From contig JAGQLE010000001.1 in NCBI GenBank assembly GCA_020429585.1, positions 1 through 49,436 on the forward strand: 49,436 bases of DNA. Reading direction: 5' to 3'. The stretch comes from Candidatus Berkelbacteria bacterium (GTDB lineage: Bacteria; Patescibacteriota; UBA1384; JACPKC01). This document shows, one piece after another, positions 45,431 through 49,436 of the stretch; within the stretch, counting starts at the first letter, position 1; the number at the start of each line of letters is the position of its first letter. The translations under genes were made by a program, and so were the position numbers. Under the pieces are notes generated by a model. It was not told the origin of the DNA. It saw only the letters and a program-made list of their open reading frames with translations, and searched no databases.

Positions 45431-46645
45431 ATGGAAAACAAAAGTAGTTCTGTAGCGGTTAAAGACCATAAAAAGCATAAGCACTCTCGTCATGAGTTTG
45501 TTGTTGAGGTGGCAGCGCCGAAGATGGCCGAGTATTTTGACATTGCCTATAAGCAATTAGCGCCTAGCGTTGAGATTAAAGGTTTCCGACCCGGTCAAGC
45601 GCCAAAGATGATGACGATTCAAAAAATTGGCCAGGCTCGTTATGCCCAGCAAGCGCTCGATATTGCCCTGCCCAATAGCTACGCCGAGGCAATGAAATCT
45701 TTGGGTTTACAGCCAATCGCGCCGCCTAAAGTTAGCGTGCAGAGTTACGGCGAAGGCGCGCCGCTTACCTATAAGATAGAAGTTGATGTCCTGCCGGAGG
45801 TTAAGCCGGGTGACTATCAAAAAATCAAGGTTAAGGCACCAAAAGTTGATACTAAGGTTGAGGCAAAAGAAGTTGACGAAGTAATCGAGCGGTTGCGTAA
45901 ACAGCAGGCATCGGCCAAAGACGTTGACCGGCCCGCCAAAAAAGGCGACAAAGTCGATATCGATTACGAAGGCTTGGTTGACAACGTTAAGCGAGATGAT
46001 TTGTCGAGCCAGCATTTTCCAGTGATTATCGGTGACGAGGCGATTAGTAAAAAAATCGAAGAAAGTTTAATCGGTAAAAAGAAAGGCGACAGTTACGAAG
46101 TTCAGGATAAAATTGACAAAGATAGTGTCAATTTTAAGATTGCCGTCCATGGTGTTGCCGAAGTGGAGTTGCCCGAAATCGATAAGGTATTTGCCGAAAA
46201 GTTCGGACGCAAGGACGCTGATGATCTAAAAGCTTCTATAAAAGAGCAATTGGAGCTTGAAAAAGCCAACGAGGGCCGGCGCAAACTCGAGGCTGACGTT
46301 TTGGAAGCAGTAATGAAAAAGGCTGAGGTTGAGTTGCCACGTAGCTTAGTGGATGAGGAGATCAGTCGTCGTCTAGGCCACATGAAGAATCAGCTTGGCG
46401 TAATGTTTAATAAGTTTCTTGAACAGCAAAAGTTAACCGAGGAAAAACTCCGTAAAGATCTTGAAAAGCCGGCTGAGGAATCGGTTAAAAGCGGTTTGGT
46501 TTTAGGCGAGATTGCTAAAAAAGAAGGCTTTGGCAAGGACCGGCCCGAGGGAGAATCAGACGACGAGTTCCAGCGTCGAGTTGTGCAGCGAACAATTAAT
46601 TTTTTGGTTGCTAGTGCGACCGGTCAAAAAGTAGACGAAAAGTAA
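45431..46645 (+). CDS. tig: trigger factor
   Basis: VEIKGFRPGQAPKMM plus PPIase-like and C-terminal helical regions. SD GGAAAGG. Confidence 0.9.
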   Translation: MENKSSSVAVKDHKKHKHSRHEFVVEVAAPKMAEYFDIAYKQLAPSVEIKGFRPGQAPKMMTIQKIGQARYAQQALDIALPNSYAEAMKSLGLQPIAPPKVSVQSYGEGAPLTYKIEVDVLPEVKPGDYQKIKVKAPKVDTKVEAKEVDEVIERLRKQQASAKDVDRPAKKGDKVDIDYEGLVDNVKRDDLSSQHFPVIIGDEAISKKIEESLIGKKKGDSYEVQDKIDKDSVNFKIAVHGVAEVELPEIDKVFAEKFGRKDADDLKASIKEQLELEKANEGRRKLEADVLEAVMKKAEVELPRSLVDEEISRRLGHMKNQLGVMFNKFLEQQKLTEEKLRKDLEKPAEESVKSGLVLGEIAKKEGFGKDRPEGESDDEFQRRVVQRTINFLVASATGQKVDEK

Positions 46646-46654
46646 ATTAAGAAA

Positions 46655-46678
46655 AGCGCCTTATAGGCGCTTTTCTTT
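46655..46678 (+). terminator. intrinsic terminator
   Basis: AGCGCC-TTATA-GGCGCT followed by TTTCTTTT. Confidence 0.7.
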
Positions 46679-46731
46679 TAATCTGAGCAAGACGAGATTA
46701 TAATAATTTAAAAAGAAATGAGGAGCGTTTT

Positions 46732-47346
46732 ATGGAAGAGATGCGATCACAAATGCTCGTGCCAACTGTATTAGAAAAATCTCAGTTTGGTGAACGGGCC
46801 TACGATATTTACTCGCGGTTATTAAAAGAGCGGATTATTTTTGTGACCGGTCCGGTCGAAGACCATATGGCTAACTTAATCGTAGCCCAGCTTTTGTTTT
46901 TGGAAAGCGAAGACCGTAGTCGCGATATTCAACTATATATTAACTCGCCTGGTGGTTCAGTGACCGCCGGAATGGCAATTTACGACACCATGGAATACAT
47001 TAAGCCCGATGTGTCGACGATTTGCGTTGGCTTAGCGGCCTCCATGGGTGCTTTCCTGCTGGCGGGTGGTGCCAAGGGTAAACGCTTTGCCTTGCCGCGG
47101 GCTAAGGTTATGATCCACCAGGTGATGGGCGGTGCGACTGGCCAAGCAACTGATATTAAAATCCAGGCCGAAGAGATTCTTAGGGTTAAAGATGTAATGA
47201 ACGAAATTTTGGCCGAAAAAACCGGTCAGCCCAAAAAGAAGATCGAAGAGGATACCGAACGTGATAACTACTTAACTGCTGCAGAGGCCAAGAAGTACGG
47301 CTTAATCGACGACGTGATCGAAAAGGCCAAGGACGCTGGCAAATAG
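46732..47346 (+). CDS. clpP: ATP-dependent Clp protease proteolytic subunit
   Basis: [44 protein letters not shown]. Confidence 0.95.
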   Translation: MEEMRSQMLVPTVLEKSQFGERAYDIYSRLLKERIIFVTGPVEDHMANLIVAQLLFLESEDRSRDIQLYINSPGGSVTAGMAIYDTMEYIKPDVSTICVGLAASMGAFLLAGGAKGKRFALPRAKVMIHQVMGGATGQATDIKIQAEEILRVKDVMNEILAEKTGQPKKKIEEDTERDNYLTAAEAKKYGLIDDVIEKAKDAGK

Positions 47347-47347
47347 A

Positions 47348-47376
47348 TTGACACTCTGCTAACTTAGCGCTATCTT
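47348..47376 (+). promoter_or_regulatory. candidate promoter TTGACA-17-TATCTT
   Basis: TTGACA at 47348-47353, overlapping the clpP stop region, and TATCTT at 47371-47376. Confidence 0.4.
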
Positions 47377-47414
47377 AATCCGTCGAGTTTTTCTCGGCGG
47401 ATTTTGATTTAGGG

Positions 47415-47945
47415 GTGAAAAATGTGAACGTGGACCTTAAGTATCCAGAAGATGTGACCTGGGAACAGGTTTTAGATAACTGGCGGCAACGAGAGCGGGG
47501 TAATCCGGATCTTGCAAGATTCGGCGAAGCAGGTCTTTGTGTGTGGGAGCGGATCCTTGGTGGGTTAGATGATGTCGGCATTCATCCAAGCTTGAAAGCT
47601 TGGAAGCGATACACCATAGTTAACCCATGGGAGTTGGTGCCCAAGCTTAGGCTAGCTCCTTACGGATACTGGCAAGAGCAATTTCCTGACGATATTCGAA
47701 ACTCAGTCAGCTTAAATTTTAATAAGTTGGTGAATGACCGCCGTGAGTATCAGCGCAATCGAAGAGTGTTGAGCATCATGAGGGACTTTCCAATAAATTC
47801 TATTTTTGTGGGTTTAAGAATGCCAGATAATTCAATTGTTCTCCTGGAGGGTCATCACCAGGCAATTGCCATAACCTTGGCGCGAGACCAGGGCTTGTTG
47901 CTTAATCTGGGCGAACTAAAAATAGATATCGCTCGACATCCATAA
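47415..47945 (+). CDS. hypothetical protein with a possible ParB/Srx-like (DGHHR-type) motif
   Basis: SIVLLEGHHQAIAITLARDQG resembles the ParB-like nuclease-domain motif. In-frame GTG 47424, 7 nt after AGGGGTG, is a likelier start than 47415. Confidence 0.5.
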   Translation: MKNVNVDLKYPEDVTWEQVLDNWRQRERGNPDLARFGEAGLCVWERILGGLDDVGIHPSLKAWKRYTIVNPWELVPKLRLAPYGYWQEQFPDDIRNSVSLNFNKLVNDRREYQRNRRVLSIMRDFPINSIFVGLRMPDNSIVLLEGHHQAIAITLARDQGLLLNLGELKIDIARHP

Positions 47946-47962
47946 AAAGCTCAGAATCATAT

Positions 47963-47992
47963 GCGGGATTTTCAGTCCCGCCTTTTTATTTT
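47963..47992 (+). terminator. intrinsic terminator
   Basis: GCGGGA-TTTTCAG-TCCCGC followed by CTTTTTATTTT. Confidence 0.7.
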
Positions 47993-48065
47993 GGTAAAAC
48001 TTTTCTATAATCTCTTAGCACGAAACGCTCCGGCGTTTTGTAACTTAAAATTGGAGGAAGTTTGG

Positions 48066-48545
48066 GTGATAAAAAAGGTTATTTTTTCGGAAAGAGTCCT
48101 GTATGTAAACGGCATATTAGATCAAGATGTCGAACCTCTTCTTGATGAGCTGAGGTCGTTAGGAGTACAAAGTGCGATTTTATTTGACGACCGCCGTGGT
48201 CTTGACCAGCTTGTAAACCTTATACCGTACTTATCGGCAGGTTTCAGGATTATCTCCGATTATCAGAATCAGGATGCTGCTCTGGAAGATTTTTTTGCTT
48301 GCTCTGGACTGGAAAACCATCCGTTTCGACTAGCAATTATAGATAGCCAGGGTAGGCATGATTGTCTTGATTGGGCGCTTGCCAGTAAGGTTGAAGCGAT
48401 ACTCTTGCATCGCTCAAAAGATGAGCCTCGTTTAAAGAGGGGAGTTAAGTTGATCACTAGTTTGAAAGGCGCCCTGTATGAGCTCATCGACGATCTTGGC
48501 AAGGTTAAAAGAATCCTGGGTCGTTTCGATAGAGTTTTAGTTTAG
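48066..48545 (+). CDS. hypothetical protein
   Basis: GTG 48066 lies 7 nt after GGAGGA. The ORF-track start at 47961 would place the upstream terminator inside the gene. 159 aa, no confident domain. Confidence 0.5.
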   Translation: MIKKVIFSERVLYVNGILDQDVEPLLDELRSLGVQSAILFDDRRGLDQLVNLIPYLSAGFRIISDYQNQDAALEDFFACSGLENHPFRLAIIDSQGRHDCLDWALASKVEAILLHRSKDEPRLKRGVKLITSLKGALYELIDDLGKVKRILGRFDRVLV

Positions 48546-48546
48546 T

Positions 48547-48581
48547 GGCCGAGTTGCGGTAAAAACCGCTCTCGGCCTTTT
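48547..48581 (+). terminator. intrinsic terminator (nested hairpin)
   Basis: GGCCGAG..GCGGT-AAAAA-ACCGC..CTCGGCC followed by TTTTC. Confidence 0.75.
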
Positions 48582-48590
48582 CTTGATCTG

Positions 48591-48619
48591 TTGACAAAGG
48601 AAAAGTTTCTCCATATAAT
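48591..48619 (+). promoter_or_regulatory. consensus sigma70 promoter (TTGACA-17-TATAAT), probable rRNA promoter
   Basis: TTGACA at 48591-48596 and TATAAT at 48614-48619. No credible CDS between it and the 16S gene. Confidence 0.65.
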
Positions 48620-49029
48620 CCCTGAGTAGAGGTTGTATGAATTTCAACTCTTAAAAGATCTAGATTTTGATTGCAGACCAAGCGGTGCGGCTGCATCGTT
48701 TTTTATTTGCCAAATCTAGACCGAACATTTAAAGCTAAATAACTCTAATTCTTTGACGACCAGTTCAAGAGAATTAGAGGTCTACTACTCGCATCAAATT
48801 AAAGTAGTAGACGCCAGCAAATCAAAGATGAACACTATCTATTGCTGCGACCTTGGTTGCAACTTTAGACAGGGTCCTTCTCCGCCTACCGGCGGATCAG
48901 GACAAATTGAAGTCTTTGCTTCAATTTGGTTTTTCAATTGATTGTAAAAATGAGCCCTTTGAATTTTAATTTTCAAACCATGGTTACTATGGTTAAAGTA
49001 ACAGTTTCTAAATGAACTAGATCATTTTC

Positions 49030-49436
<407 letters not shown>

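Noticed and set aside
47961-48065. ATG 47961 as the start of the 194-aa ORF
   Set aside because: The first 35 codons would contain the intrinsic terminator of the upstream gene (47963-47992). GTG 48066 has a GGAGGA SD at proper spacing.
48505-48941. ORFs 48505..48696 (-) and 48753..48941 (+) between the last CDS and the 16S gene
   Set aside because: They fall within the rRNA promoter and leader and overlap the leader hairpins. They have no SD. The region is better explained as non-coding leader.

Overview
49.4-kb window from a compact, gene-dense bacterial genome. It uses the standard code: conserved genes are uninterrupted, and TGA, TAA and TAG all terminate well-supported genes. Most of the window is housekeeping: rsmA-rsmI, acylphosphatase, metG, tatD, mnmA, an S41 peptidase, rplI, lemA/htpX, ligA, gatC-gatA-gatB, an HtrA-like protease, prfA, rpmE-rpsB-tsf, pyrH-frr-rseP-proS, tpiA-gap and pgk, tig-clpP. 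The first ~400 nt of a 16S rRNA gene, with its promoter and leader, sit at the right edge. Three features suggest a reduced-genome lineage, possibly CPR/Patescibacteria-like (inference only): uppS/cdsA are missing from the frr-rseP junction, RF1 and EF-Ts are short, and the 16S 341F primer site is divergent. Six things are not ordinary. (1) An orphan ~320-nt promoter-to-terminator RNA at the left edge that I cannot classify. (2) Next to it, an accessory block (405-3515, minus strand) with two paralogous protein families, a possible PD-(D/E)xK-fold protein and a standalone ZAS-type zinc-finger mini-protein. (3) A family of palindromic MITE/REP-like elements with GTCATYCTGA...TCAGRATGAC termini at six intergenic loci. 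(4) Four-helix-bundle (23S rRNA IVS protein family) cassettes flanked by inverted heptanucleotide tandem repeats. One is intact inside the gatCAB operon together with a HEPN-like ORF, one is decayed upstream of metG, and there are solo heptamer tracts directly upstream of start codons that lack an SD. (5) An acyl-ACP-reductase-like (COG5322) oxidoreductase. (6) A Ku plus ATP-dependent ligase island splitting the glycolytic gap/pgk cluster. No CRISPR array, tRNA, transposase or integrase was seen. All functional calls come from motif recognition by eye; no searches were run.
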